A DNA stretch of 62,869 bases, filler included, from Chlamydiia bacterium (lineage in GTDB: Bacteria; Chlamydiota; Chlamydiia; Chlamydiales; FEN-1388), in the NCBI GenBank assembly GCA_903848235.1. It is 5 parts of 5 records of this genome, joined end to end, with 100 filler letters (N's around TTAATTAATTAA, not from the genome) between each part and the next. Parts side by side here need not be neighbours in the genome. Positions count along the whole stretch, not along the records: positions 49,443 to 58,192 come from CAINFV010000176.1; positions 58,293 to 62,869 come from CAINFV010000178.1; 3 more parts are not named here. One strand, written 5' to 3'. The notes under the pieces are model-generated. The model saw only the letters and a list, made by a program, of their open reading frames with translations, was not told where the DNA came from and did not search any database. Each line of letters begins with the position of its first letter. The stretch's first letter is position 1. Positions 51,460 to 61,612 of this stretch are shown here, piece after piece. The translations under genes and the position numbers were made by a program.

Positions 51460-54165
51460 ATGAGTCGGATTATTATTCTCCTCCTTCTTTCTCTCCCACT
51501 TCTTGGCGAAAATAATTCGGTTTTAAACTGGTATTCCACGCCGTCAAAGACCGGAAGCGGTAGTCTCACAAACTGCCGCCCTCGCTTGACACGAAAATTG
51601 CACGTGAATCGTTTTTTCCTTGAGACGCAAAGCCCCATGCAGGCCACTCAGACACGATTATTTTACAATTTATTGAACGTCCTGTATGGCCGTCAGCCCA
51701 TCTTCCACATCAACTCAACCAATCCTATTAACAAATCTAAGCTTGAAAACCTCTTCGATCAGGTCAAGAAATCTGTTCTAAAAGCATCTCCGAAGTATTC
51801 ATTTCGAAAAATATCAGATCTTGCCAACATCGATCTTGAGAACCAGGATCAACAATTCATCTTCTTCCAACTTCTGAAGGGTGGCTGCGGGCAATTTATT
51901 CGAGGAGGATGCTGTACCCTTCCCCCTCTCCTCAACTATCTGAGCATAAAAAAACGTCAGAGCTGCCTCGACGTTTACACGGCCTCCAAGTCTGTGCTCT
52001 TTGCTCTTTTTGGAAGCGACGCTGTTGTAAACGATATCCTTTTCCATCGAGCAGAGCTTGAAAAAAGCGATCGAACTGACACTCAGTCTGCTGAAGCAGA
52101 ATTTCGACAAAAATTTGAGCAGTACATTCTTCCACAGATCAATCCGTGTTTTGTCAGTTTTCGAGTCCCCCCATCGATGTCAATACCAAAAGAGGCTAAC
52201 CGGGATTCTGACGAGCCTGTAGCTAGACATGCTATGAGCCGAGATTATTGGAACGAGGAAAGTTATCACTGCTGTCCGCTACATTTTGATGACGCAGTAG
52301 AGATAGCGAATGAAGGCGAAGAAAACGATGAATCAGAATTCATTTCCCAAGATCTAACTATTCAACAAGAGCTTCTTTCTAAAATCCCTGCGATGGGGCA
52401 ACCATGTGATGATTGCGGGGCACCGTCCATATACATAGGCTATTTGGATCGCGACTCAAGAAAACACATCGATCATCTGGAGCGAGAACTTCGTTACACT
52501 CAGGCCCACCCAGAGTGCACGTGCTTATGGCCCGAACTCTCCGAAGAAGCCTCACAAATAAGTGAAGAAGCTTATGGCTTGTATAAACACCTTGTAACCT
52601 CATCACCTCTTGCGGACATGCTTTCGGACTCTGAAGAACAAAAGAGATTCCTTAAGGTTGATAAAGGAGACTTGAACGCTCATGGAGTGGCGGTGTCATT
52701 AATCGCCCTTCAGTTTCGGTTTTCTGATTTTTATGAATTAAAAGAGGAACTTTGCAAATACGCACTGGAAATGTTCGGTAAAAGGCAAATAGGCAGGTAC
52801 TTCAAAATAAAGAGCGAGTTAGACGCTATCTTGGCGTCGCTATATACGAGGTACCTTGATCTTTACAGTAATTGCTTGACAAAGCATCCGACCCCAGAGA
52901 TTGAGCAAGAGATTCTTTTCATGTACCTCCTTGCAGGAAACGGATCTGCACTAGATTCCCCATCCTCTGAAGCTTCCACTCCGATGCGAAAGGGAAGACC
53001 GGCTACCTATCATGTGTTGAAACACAAACACAATAAACAAAAGGCAGTCATTGCAAAGAGCAAGAGGAAGGACGCGTTTTCACTTCAAGCAAGAATTCTT
53101 CTAGAAAAGGGTACGCTATTAAACGATCTTCTTCGATATGAAGAAAGCGTCAAAATATTAAGCGACTCCATTCGGTTGGATCCCTCCAATCGAAACGGCT
53201 ATATAGAAAGAGCATATGCATACCTTGAGACAGACCAAATCTCTCTTGCCCTAGAAGATTATAAAAAAATTAAGGCGTTAAACATTATCCCTCCTTTTGT
53301 ATTTCCAGCCTACCAAAAGGGAGCTGTCGTGGCAAAGGGAGCGGCCTTTTGGTATACAGAAGAAGAGTTAGAATTCCTTTCAGGCATAATCGATGGAATC
53401 GTAAGCAAAGCTGATGAAAGGGTCGAAGAACTTCCTTCTTCGCTTCGCGATTCGTTCACCGATGTAAGCAACGGATTATGGGCATATGTCACAGATCCAG
53501 AGGAAGTGGCACGAGAGTTTACTCTGGCAGCTTATGCTTTAGGAAAATATTGCTATCAACATTATGATGACGATTGGATTCAATATTCCTCAGATCTCCT
53601 AAGAGAGCTTGCTGAGTCATGGACTGATCTTGGCAACTATGAGCGAGGAGAATACCTCGGCAGCATTATTGGCGAGTTTGGGATCGACTTCTTTGCATCT
53701 GCAGGAACACTCAAGGGGGTTCAATATTTTCGAGATCTGAAACGCGCCAATACAGTCTTGACTCTTGAAAGATTGTCTTCTTCTAAAGCCAATGAAATAA
53801 AAATTCTTGAACAAACTAGCAAGGCTGCGACAGCTAGAAGAAAGTTGATTGACGTCGCGAAATCAGGGAAAATCATCGGAAGAAGCATCAATCAACGACA
53901 TCACATAATGCAATCTCATCATGCTTGGGAACGACTCGTTAATTTAACAGGAAACGAAGAAAAAGATTTTAAGGCCGTAGTGAAGTTCCTAGAAGAGAAT
54001 GGAATTTTTAGTAAAGAATTCGAACTTGAAACAAGAGTTGTTAATTCTACTCGGATAAAAATTTATAGAAAGAAAATCGGCAGTGAAACGGTCAGACTGG
54101 AATTTATCAAAAACCCTTCGTCTGATGTGTTTCTTTTGAACAATGGGTGGGTCGAAACGAAATGA
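51460..54165 (+). CDS. Secreted TPR-containing polymorphic toxin with Ntox35-like RNase tip
   Basis: Signal peptide, TPRs (YEESVKILSDSIRLDPSNRNGYIERAYAY), pre-toxin helices, HHIMQSHHAW...NNGWV tip. Confidence 0.7.
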   Translation: MSRIIILLLLSLPLLGENNSVLNWYSTPSKTGSGSLTNCRPRLTRKLHVNRFFLETQSPMQATQTRLFYNLLNVLYGRQPIFHINSTNPINKSKLENLFDQVKKSVLKASPKYSFRKISDLANIDLENQDQQFIFFQLLKGGCGQFIRGGCCTLPPLLNYLSIKKRQSCLDVYTASKSVLFALFGSDAVVNDILFHRAELEKSDRTDTQSAEAEFRQKFEQYILPQINPCFVSFRVPPSMSIPKEANRDSDEPVARHAMSRDYWNEESYHCCPLHFDDAVEIANEGEENDESEFISQDLTIQQELLSKIPAMGQPCDDCGAPSIYIGYLDRDSRKHIDHLERELRYTQAHPECTCLWPELSEEASQISEEAYGLYKHLVTSSPLADMLSDSEEQKRFLKVDKGDLNAHGVAVSLIALQFRFSDFYELKEELCKYALEMFGKRQIGRYFKIKSELDAILASLYTRYLDLYSNCLTKHPTPEIEQEILFMYLLAGNGSALDSPSSEASTPMRKGRPATYHVLKHKHNKQKAVIAKSKRKDAFSLQARILLEKGTLLNDLLRYEESVKILSDSIRLDPSNRNGYIERAYAYLETDQISLALEDYKKIKALNIIPPFVFPAYQKGAVVAKGAAFWYTEEELEFLSGIIDGIVSKADERVEELPSSLRDSFTDVSNGLWAYVTDPEEVAREFTLAAYALGKYCYQHYDDDWIQYSSDLLRELAESWTDLGNYERGEYLGSIIGEFGIDFFASAGTLKGVQYFRDLKRANTVLTLERLSSSKANEIKILEQTSKAATARRKLIDVAKSGKIIGRSINQRHHIMQSHHAWERLVNLTGNEEKDFKAVVKFLEENGIFSKEFELETRVVNSTRIKIYRKKIGSETVRLEFIKNPSSDVFLLNNGWVETK

Positions 54166-54755
54166 ACAATAAATTACACCATATCATTTTAAGCAAACAA
54201 TGGCAGCAACTTACAGACGAACATACCCCCCAATCTGCTGCTCAGTGTCTTTCATTTGAAGAAGCAATGTCAGTGGCTTACGACATGTTTTTCGAAAATT
54301 TTTTGGATTCCCCCAAAATTCGTGATTTCGCATTGAATTTGTTTTTTGCAATCAGAAAACATTATATCCAGAATTGGGACAAAGATTGGAAAAATGATAT
54401 TTTTTTAGCAGATTTATGTAGGATCGGCTACAAATACGATGAATGTTATCATTGCTGTATGAGGGCATATAAGAAGTTCAACGATCCACCGTCTGCGATT
54501 CTTCTTGCTTTAGCAGGTTGTTATAATGTTCCTAAGCCTCTGGTTTCGATAGATGAAGTTGAATTGTGGCTACAACAAGCAATTCAAAAAGAGCTTTCAT
54601 ACGAAGCTGCATTGCAATTAAGGGGTATTTATCTGGATAAAGAGGATCAAGCCCAAATTGATCATTGGACGAAAATAGCTGATGAAGCCGAACGAAATAA
54701 CATTCATACAGCCTCATGCACTCCAGATATTTTCAAGGATAAGCCAACAGGATAG
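54162..54755 (+). CDS. Putative cognate immunity protein (helical, TPR-like)
   Basis: ATGA overlap with the toxin stop; AT-rich. Confidence 0.65.
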   Translation: MNNKLHHIILSKQWQQLTDEHTPQSAAQCLSFEEAMSVAYDMFFENFLDSPKIRDFALNLFFAIRKHYIQNWDKDWKNDIFLADLCRIGYKYDECYHCCMRAYKKFNDPPSAILLALAGCYNVPKPLVSIDEVELWLQQAIQKELSYEAALQLRGIYLDKEDQAQIDHWTKIADEAERNNIHTASCTPDIFKDKPTG

Positions 54756-54772
54756 AGTCGAAAACACCCCTT

Positions 54773-55657
54773 TTAGATGTTTTTCGTGAATTCTTTGAAG
54801 GTAAACTCGGGATCTAAGCCCAATTCAGCAGCAACTTTCTTCAGAGCCCGAAATGGTGTCGTTGTTGAAACTCTTTCCTCGTCCTTTCCGGCAAAAACAT
54901 AGCCTTTCTTGCGACCCTGGGTATATTTCTTAATATCTTCAAAAAGATGCCGAGGATAAGACACTTGTTCCAAGAGGTTGATCTTAAGCTGCGAAAAATC
55001 CACTTCCTCGATTTTTACTGAAAGAACCTCTTCTAAAGCTCGCTGTCCCCCCAGGTAAAACATCTTCGCCAGGATTTGCTCACGAAGATCGAGATGGCCC
55101 AAAACTTTTAGATAGGTCTCAAAGGCAATTGCTCTCTTAAAAGAGGCAAGGCGATCAAAGTCTTTAGCTTCAGAATTATACCCGCTGGTTTTCTTGGAAA
55201 GCCATTTGGAAAATTCCTGATACAAAAGAACTGCCTCCTCTCGTTTATGAATCGGCCAATCTTGAAAACATCGAATGTCCTCGATGATTCGAGAAGGGTC
55301 CTGAGAAGAGAGATCTTGAAGAGTGGTTGTTTTCTTTTTATTGAGAGTAAGAGGCAGCAGACCGGACTGCACAAGGTCGCGCATGATGTCGAGATGCCGC
55401 TTCCCAAATGTTTTGTCGGCGCTCACCGCTTCGCCCCATAACAATACCATTGCAGAAAGAGGAGAGCTGGCTATGCTCTCCTTAAAAGCGGCTACTTTTT
55501 GTTGAAGATCTTGGGAGGTCTTTACAAAATCTGACGTGAGGACGAAAATCTTCTTTTCGTCCTGCTGAAGATCAATGGAAAGGCAGGACCTGAGCAGTTG
55601 CTCATACGCCTCTCTTTCCTTCGAATGCTCTTCTATGCCTTTACGTATACGCGCCAT
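54773..55657 (-). CDS. Chlamydial plasmid pGP7/pGP8-like recombinase-fold protein lacking the catalytic C-terminus
   Basis: REQILAKMFYLGGQRALEEVLSVKIEEVDF, VSYPRHLFEDIKKYTQGRKKGYVF; ends before HxxR/Tyr. Confidence 0.65.
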   Translation of the reverse strand: MARIRKGIEEHSKEREAYEQLLRSCLSIDLQQDEKKIFVLTSDFVKTSQDLQQKVAAFKESIASSPLSAMVLLWGEAVSADKTFGKRHLDIMRDLVQSGLLPLTLNKKKTTTLQDLSSQDPSRIIEDIRCFQDWPIHKREEAVLLYQEFSKWLSKKTSGYNSEAKDFDRLASFKRAIAFETYLKVLGHLDLREQILAKMFYLGGQRALEEVLSVKIEEVDFSQLKINLLEQVSYPRHLFEDIKKYTQGRKKGYVFAGKDEERVSTTTPFRALKKVAAELGLDPEFTFKEFTKNI

Positions 55658-56720
55658 GACTTGCTATCCCTAAAACTTCTTCATTCATCCGGCACACAAT
55701 TCTTGCTGTTGAAGAAACAGACAAGTGACTATACCGCTTGATCATCGCCAACGTTTTGTGACCCAATACGGCCCCTACTTCAATCGCAGAAGCCCCTTCC
55801 ATGGTTAGATGAGAAGCGGCTGTATGTCGTAAGGTATGGAAGCAAATTTCAAGGCCTGCTTCCTTAACGGCCATCTCCCAAGCAGCCCTAATATCAGCTG
55901 GCTTCTCTCCATTTCCGCTCGGGAATACGTACGGACTGAGAATAACTCTTTTCTTTTTCTCTTCCAAGAGACAACTTGCCAAAATTGGACTTAAGGGGAT
56001 CGTTCGATCCTCTCCATTTTTCGTGTCTCGAAAGGTTGCGGTGTTCCTCGAAAAATCAACGTCGTCCCAGGTAAGACCTAAGATCTCTCCCTTTCTAGCA
56101 CCGCTGCACACGGCAAACAAGGCCACAGGGTACAGGTGAGAGCTTTTGCTCTTTTTACATGCCGATAAAAGCCTTTCGATCTCTTCCCTGCTCAAGAACC
56201 TCTCTCGAGACCTTCCCTCCTTGTAACGGGAAATCTTCGACACTGGATTTTCCTTAAGCCAGTTCCATTCTCGTACGGCAATGCTGAATGCACCGCTTAA
56301 GGTCGCTAGATACCGATTTGCTGTGGATTGAGACCGAAAGGTTCCCTGGGGAGTCTTCTCCTTCAGCAGTTGCTCTTTACAATCAGAAATTACCGATGGT
56401 GAAATGTGACAGAGGTAATAGTCTTCGAGATGGTTTTTCCACCACAGAAGCTGCATCTTATATTTTGCAAAAGACTTGGACTTGGTGTGAACCGCGAGTT
56501 CCAAATATCTATCGACAAGTTCGGAAAAAGTATGCTCTTTGCTTTCCGCTTTGCCAAAGTATCGACCTTGCCGAACGTCTGCTTCCATTTTGGAAGCCCA
56601 CTCTTTGGCCTCGCGTCGTGTCGGAAAACTCTCGGAAACCAGAGGGGATCCTGACAACCGAATGCGGACACGATAGGTCGTTGTTCCCGATGGATGAACT
56701 CTTTTTTGAATGGACGCCAT
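55641..56720 (-). CDS. int: Tyrosine integrase
   Basis: SGARKGEI, TKN, FHTLRH, LGH, KRY; N-terminal arm-binding domain. Confidence 0.95.
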   Translation of the reverse strand: MASIQKRVHPSGTTTYRVRIRLSGSPLVSESFPTRREAKEWASKMEADVRQGRYFGKAESKEHTFSELVDRYLELAVHTKSKSFAKYKMQLLWWKNHLEDYYLCHISPSVISDCKEQLLKEKTPQGTFRSQSTANRYLATLSGAFSIAVREWNWLKENPVSKISRYKEGRSRERFLSREEIERLLSACKKSKSSHLYPVALFAVCSGARKGEILGLTWDDVDFSRNTATFRDTKNGEDRTIPLSPILASCLLEEKKKRVILSPYVFPSGNGEKPADIRAAWEMAVKEAGLEICFHTLRHTAASHLTMEGASAIEVGAVLGHKTLAMIKRYSHLSVSSTARIVCRMNEEVLGIASHGAYT

Positions 56721-56775
56721 AAACACTTCTCCTGATTTTTCCCGTACTGGACCACCAGTGGACCAATACGCAATT

Positions 56776-56795
56776 CGTCTCAATTGTCAGGAGGT
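56776..56795. repeat. 20-bp perfect inverted repeat, right copy
   Basis: CGTCTCAATTGTCAGGAGGT. Confidence 0.9.
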
Positions 56796-56828
56796 CATGC
56801 TTTTGCATAACCCATTCATACTTAACGA

Positions 56829-56911
<83 letters not shown>

Positions 56912-57159
56912 AGATAAAGAAAAGCGACTTTTTTCCCTCTCGACCATAAACCCACACTCTCTTGGGGGTGGATGAGCCTGCAAAGCGATTCTGTCGATGC
57001 ACATGGAAAACGTCACAGGTACTTTAGCATCTCACCATTTCTGGACTCAAGAGACTTTTCTTGTCCCTAGCGGTTGACTTCCCTCTTCTGGATCATCAAT
57101 ACTAGGACGTTGAGGCACAAGAATCAAACGACGTTCAGTAACCAAAAGATACTAAATCT

Positions 57160-58192
57160 ATGCCAACATATACCCTTCACCTCTTCGATACCCTTCTTCG
57201 ACAAGACGAACCCATCCTTCCCTCTGATGGGACAACCATTCGACTCTATACCTGCGGGCCTACAATCTATGACGTGGCTCATATCGGAAACTTCAGAACT
57301 TTTCTCTTCGAAGACCTACTGCGACGTACCTTGAAACTCTTCGGATTTTCTGTCTGCCAGGTGATGAACCTCACAGATGTCGATGACAAGACCATTCGCG
57401 GAGCTACGCAAAAGGGGATCTCTCTGAAGGAATATACCACCCCTTACAAAGAGGCCTTTTTTCAGGATCTTGATGCATTGCGAATAGAACGCGCAGAGCA
57501 CTATCCAGAAGCTACGGCCTATATCCCTGACATGATTGCAATGGTCCAAGAGCTTGAGAAAAAAGGAGCTGCCTATCGCCATACTGACGGCAGCATCTAT
57601 TTTTCTCTAGCCATGGCAAAAAACTATGGAAAGCTCTCTCACCTTGACCTAGAGTCTCTTCAACATGAAGGCTCAGGCCATTCTCTAGGTGATGACTACA
57701 CAAAAGAGGGCATCGCCGATTTTGTCCTTTGGAAAGCATATGATGAAAAACGCGATGGCTCTGTCTCTTGGGAAAGCCCCTGGGGGAGGGGACGCCCAGG
57801 ATGGCATCTTGAATGCTCTGTCATGGCCAGATTACTCCTCGGCGATACCATCGACCTCCACGCCGGAGGCGTCGACCTTATCTTCCCTCACCATGAAAAC
57901 GAGATTGCCCAATCTGAGACATGCACCGGAAAGCCATTCTCCCTCCACTGGGCCCACGCAGAGCACCTGCTAGTCGACCATAAGAAGATGTCAAAAAGCT
58001 TAGGAAACTTTTACACCCTCCGCGATCTTCTCACCCAAGGGTATTCCCCAATCGCCATTCGCTACTTCCTGATCAGCAACCACTATCGAACTCAACTCAA
58101 CTTCACCACACAAGCTCTCGAAGCCGCATCGGCAAGTGTGAAAAGAATCAGAGATTTCTCAGATCGTCTCAAAGGAAGCGCAGGGACTGAGA
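57160..58192 (+). CDS. cysS: Cysteine--tRNA ligase, 3'-truncated
   Basis: CGPT, HIGN, GRPGWHLECS, FPHHENE, KMSKS. Confidence 0.97.
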
Positions 58193-58292
58193 NNNNNNNN
58201 NNNNNNNNNNNNNNNNNNNNNNNNNNNNNNNNNNNNTTAATTAATTAANNNNNNNNNNNNNNNNNNNNNNNNNNNNNNNNNNNNNNNNNNNN
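58193..58292. other. Artificial contig linker
   Basis: N44-TTAATTAATTAA-N44. Confidence 0.98.
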
Positions 58293-59070
58293 CATCAACC
58301 CGGGCTCTTGTCATTACGGTGCCGCCGTGCTCGGTGACATAATCCCGAAGCATGTCTGCCACATGCTGCGGCCCTCCCTTCGGATAATAGCCGCCTACAA
58401 CGAAATAGCTCAAACAAGCGCCAACGACAGAGGCGGCTGGTACCTGATCAGCTTTCGCTCCCATATATCCTAGAAGGGAACAGAAGAACGCTTTTAGCTC
58501 AGGCTCACGAAAAAACTGATCAAGCTTCTCCTGATATTTGACTGACTTCCAGTTTTTAAGAAGCTCGGGATCTTTTCCATGGAGGACAGAATCCACTTCG
58601 TCCAAAAACGCCCGAATGGCATCTGCAGCGTCAGGGAAAGCTGCGCAAAGAGCGGAAATAGTTCCTTCTTTCGTACCATCGAGGATGAGCTTCTTATCGC
58701 CAATGACGAACAACCGTCTGTTCAACACGAAGAGATCATCTTTTTTCAGATCAAGTGCCTTCAGAAGGCGTCCCGTCTTTCCATCGTCAACGCCGCTCAC
58801 ATCTTCGACTCCTGAGGTGAAGGTAAAACCACGCCGTTTGAAGGAAGAGCAGAAACCCCCGACTTGAAAGTGCTGTTCGAGAACGAGCACTTTGAATCGG
58901 TGCTTGGCGAGAAGGGATGCGCAGGTAAGACCGCCGATTCCTGAGCCAACGACAATAGCGTCGAAGTCACAAAGACTTTTTTTAACCGAAGCCTGCCATA
59001 TGTTGGGCGTTGATACGTCAAACACCCCTGACAGTGGAGCGCCGCCATCACAAACAACTTTTGATGCCAT
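58293..59070 (-). CDS. Phytoene-desaturase-family FAD oxidoreductase, 3'-truncated
   Basis: DAIVVGSGIGGL, LEQHFQVGG, YYPKGG. Confidence 0.85.
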
Positions 59071-59213
59071 ACATACCTCACTTTTTTTTATTATTACCAC
59101 TAAGGCTTGCCCTAGCGAAGAATGAACCATATTATATGTCTATTAGACACATATTGCAAGCGAAAAAAGGTGAAGACACGATGGCTTACATTCAAAAATT
59201 TACAGAATTTCCG

Positions 59214-60425
59214 CTATTCAACCATGCGCCAGAAAGGATTTTGCTCCCACTTTGCACGAAGCTTTTCAACACTCTCATCAATTTCTGGCAGGTGTTGCTC
59301 CAGACGAGCGTCCCACGAATGTTCAGTCTCCAGCCACGGGAGAATTAAATCTGGGTCATAATGACGTCGCTGTGCTTCTTGAAGTTGATGTTCAAGATCT
59401 TCCAAGGCATTGCTTGTATACCCAACAACACGGCCGGCCTTCTCCACCCATGCGGGAAGGCGAACCCCTTTTCCAGTTAGTGTCACCGCCCCTGAGGCTA
59501 AAGAGAGGAAGAGCCTCTCATGATATCCTTTGCGAATATGAGGAATGCTGTTGATCACCACTTTCGACATCCGGCAGATATCTGCCACCTGCTGAAATGG
59601 CACTGGAGGATGAAACGTACAGCCCCTTGCCGCCTCTTCCTTAGACCAAAGAGCAGCATCTTCTGTCTCTGTGAAGATGTTGACCGTGACCCCCTTAAGA
59701 CCCAGGAGAAGCCTTTCTCTGTCAAGCCCTCTGGCATAGCGCTCAATATGATTTGCAAGCGCAAACGAAGAGAGCTCTGTCTTCTCAATGACCTCCCTCA
59801 CACTTGGAGTCTCTTCAATATAAGCTAACGCCTCTGCGAGCAAAAGAACCGATGGATCCTCAAGGGAGCGTTCGGCTATAGAGACGAACTCTATAACATC
59901 CGATGGCGCAAAAAGATCCTCCCACACTGTTTTCGCCCTTCTGTGGTCGAGAAACGATCCTATTAAAGAGACATCGTATGGCCGGTCTTTCATGGGGATA
60001 ATTGGCGATGAACGCATGTAGTCAATCACCTCTTTGGCGATGCCATGAGGAAACCAATGCACAGGATTATCGCTATAGACAGAAAACAGATCGCACGATG
60101 TCTTGTCAACAAATAAGCTCACAGTGCTCTGCTGTGAAAACGTCTCCTGATCAGAATAGGTGACAGCGTCTACGCCCAGACGTACATGAGGAATGCCTAG
60201 GGGAAAGAAAAAGCAGTGCTCATCGACAAATGTATTGATTCCCCAGGTACAGTCAGGATTATCCTGGCGTACTTGCTCTGTCAGTTCTGCAGGGGACGCA
60301 TTCAAAAACTCCCTGATTACAGCTTGGATTCCGAGGCGTTCGAAAGCTGCTTGCAGCTCGTGGATCATCTGCCCTAATACACCATATTTGCTGGTGGGAT
60401 GAAGAAATAAGACGACTTTTCGCAT
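59214..60425 (-). CDS. Glycosyltransferase (CgeB/Glyco_trans_1_2-like)
   Basis: SKVVIN..GYHERLF...GA, HSWDAR. Confidence 0.75.
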   Translation of the reverse strand: MRKVVLFLHPTSKYGVLGQMIHELQAAFERLGIQAVIREFLNASPAELTEQVRQDNPDCTWGINTFVDEHCFFFPLGIPHVRLGVDAVTYSDQETFSQQSTVSLFVDKTSCDLFSVYSDNPVHWFPHGIAKEVIDYMRSSPIIPMKDRPYDVSLIGSFLDHRRAKTVWEDLFAPSDVIEFVSIAERSLEDPSVLLLAEALAYIEETPSVREVIEKTELSSFALANHIERYARGLDRERLLLGLKGVTVNIFTETEDAALWSKEEAARGCTFHPPVPFQQVADICRMSKVVINSIPHIRKGYHERLFLSLASGAVTLTGKGVRLPAWVEKAGRVVGYTSNALEDLEHQLQEAQRRHYDPDLILPWLETEHSWDARLEQHLPEIDESVEKLRAKWEQNPFWRMVE

Positions 60426-60538
60426 AGGTATACCCACTCCTTAGGGACTAAAAAAAGAAAAAAGTCCCTTAATTCAACAATCCGACGAAATCTACTACCC
60501 CAAAAACCCTCACTCTTGGCAAACTCTAGACCGTATTT

Positions 60539-60613
60539 CGGAGCATAGCGCAGCCTGGCTAGCGCGGCTGCTTTGGGAGCAGTAGGTCGGGGGTTCGAAT
60601 CCCTCTGCTCCGA
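60539..60613 (+). tRNA. tRNA-Pro(TGG)
   Basis: CGGAGCA..GCTGC-TTTGGGA-GCAGT..GGTTCGAATCC. Confidence 0.96.
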
Positions 60614-60747
60614 TTCACAAGAAGAGGCTTTTTCGTACAACAAGATCACCTATATGCTCTCGTTGTACGGAAGTCCTCCCTTCTTCGCATGGTACAAATG
60701 TCACCAATTTTCACTGTAGCTATTCTTTTTTTTCATAAGAGATTTGG

Positions 60748-61605
60748 ATGATCGCCTATTTCGTCTGGAATCCTTCGCGTGAAGCCTTTGTCATCCCCTA
60801 CATAGACTTTCCTATCTACTGGTACTCTCTGTGGTTTGCCATTGGTTTCTACGGCGCTGTCGTTATTGCCAGGCATCTGCTGAAAAGCCGTGCATGTGCC
60901 ACTGTCGGCGAGCAAGCAGCTGATGTGCCGGCTATCGACCGATACATAGAACGGTTAGCGCTCTATGGCTTTCTCGGCGTGGTGATTGGCGCTCGCCTTG
61001 GACACATCCTCTTCTATGAGCCTTCCTATTATTTTCACCATCCTCTCGATATCCTTAACTTCCGCCAGGGAGGGCTGGCAAGCCACGGCGCTGTGATCGG
61101 ACTGTGCTTTGCTCTCTGGCGCTTTCAAAAACGACGGTCCTCTCTGCCTTACCTGCCGTATGGCGCCGACCTCCTTGATCTTCTTGCCATCAGCTCTGCG
61201 TGGACCGCAGGGTGTATTCGGGTAGGAAACTTCTTTAACCAAGAGATTGTCGGCTTTATCTCCGACTTGCCTTGGGCTGTGATTTTTATCTCTCCTCTGG
61301 ATGCGGAAGGCGGCGTGCCTCGTCATCCAGCACAACTTTATGAAGCACTCGTCTCCTTCCTCTTGCTGATTCCTCTTCTTATTCTAGGAAGAAACGGGCG
61401 CTTTGCCACCGACGGGCGTATCGCAGGGTGGTATCTGATCATTACCTTTACCAGTCGCATTGCCTTAGAGACCCTCAAAGCCCCCCAATGCAGCTTTGAC
61501 ACGGGGACTCTTCATATGGGGCAGCTGCTCAGCATTCCTGTTATACTTTTTGGAATTGGATTGCTTACTCGAGCTCATTTCAAGAACAAGCTCTCGCATT
61601 TGTAA
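60748..61605 (+). CDS. lgt: Prolipoprotein diacylglyceryl transferase
   Basis: IYWYS, GARLGH, GLASHG, RVGNFFNQE, RHPAQLYE. Confidence 0.96.
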   Translation: MIAYFVWNPSREAFVIPYIDFPIYWYSLWFAIGFYGAVVIARHLLKSRACATVGEQAADVPAIDRYIERLALYGFLGVVIGARLGHILFYEPSYYFHHPLDILNFRQGGLASHGAVIGLCFALWRFQKRRSSLPYLPYGADLLDLLAISSAWTAGCIRVGNFFNQEIVGFISDLPWAVIFISPLDAEGGVPRHPAQLYEALVSFLLLIPLLILGRNGRFATDGRIAGWYLIITFTSRIALETLKAPQCSFDTGTLHMGQLLSIPVILFGIGLLTRAHFKNKLSHL

Positions 61606-61612
61606 GGGACTG

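Larger units (their letters stand above)
49443..56828. mobile_element. Genomic island (phage-satellite/plasmid-like) integrated at tRNA-Leu; left boundary lost in gap
   Basis: Integrase next to the tRNA 3' end, xis-like gene, replication genes, cargo. Confidence 0.85.

Noticed and set aside
49443..56828. att direct repeat of the tRNA-Leu 3' end
   Set aside because: Not found by eye on this contig; probably beyond the gap, so the island boundary is not claimed.
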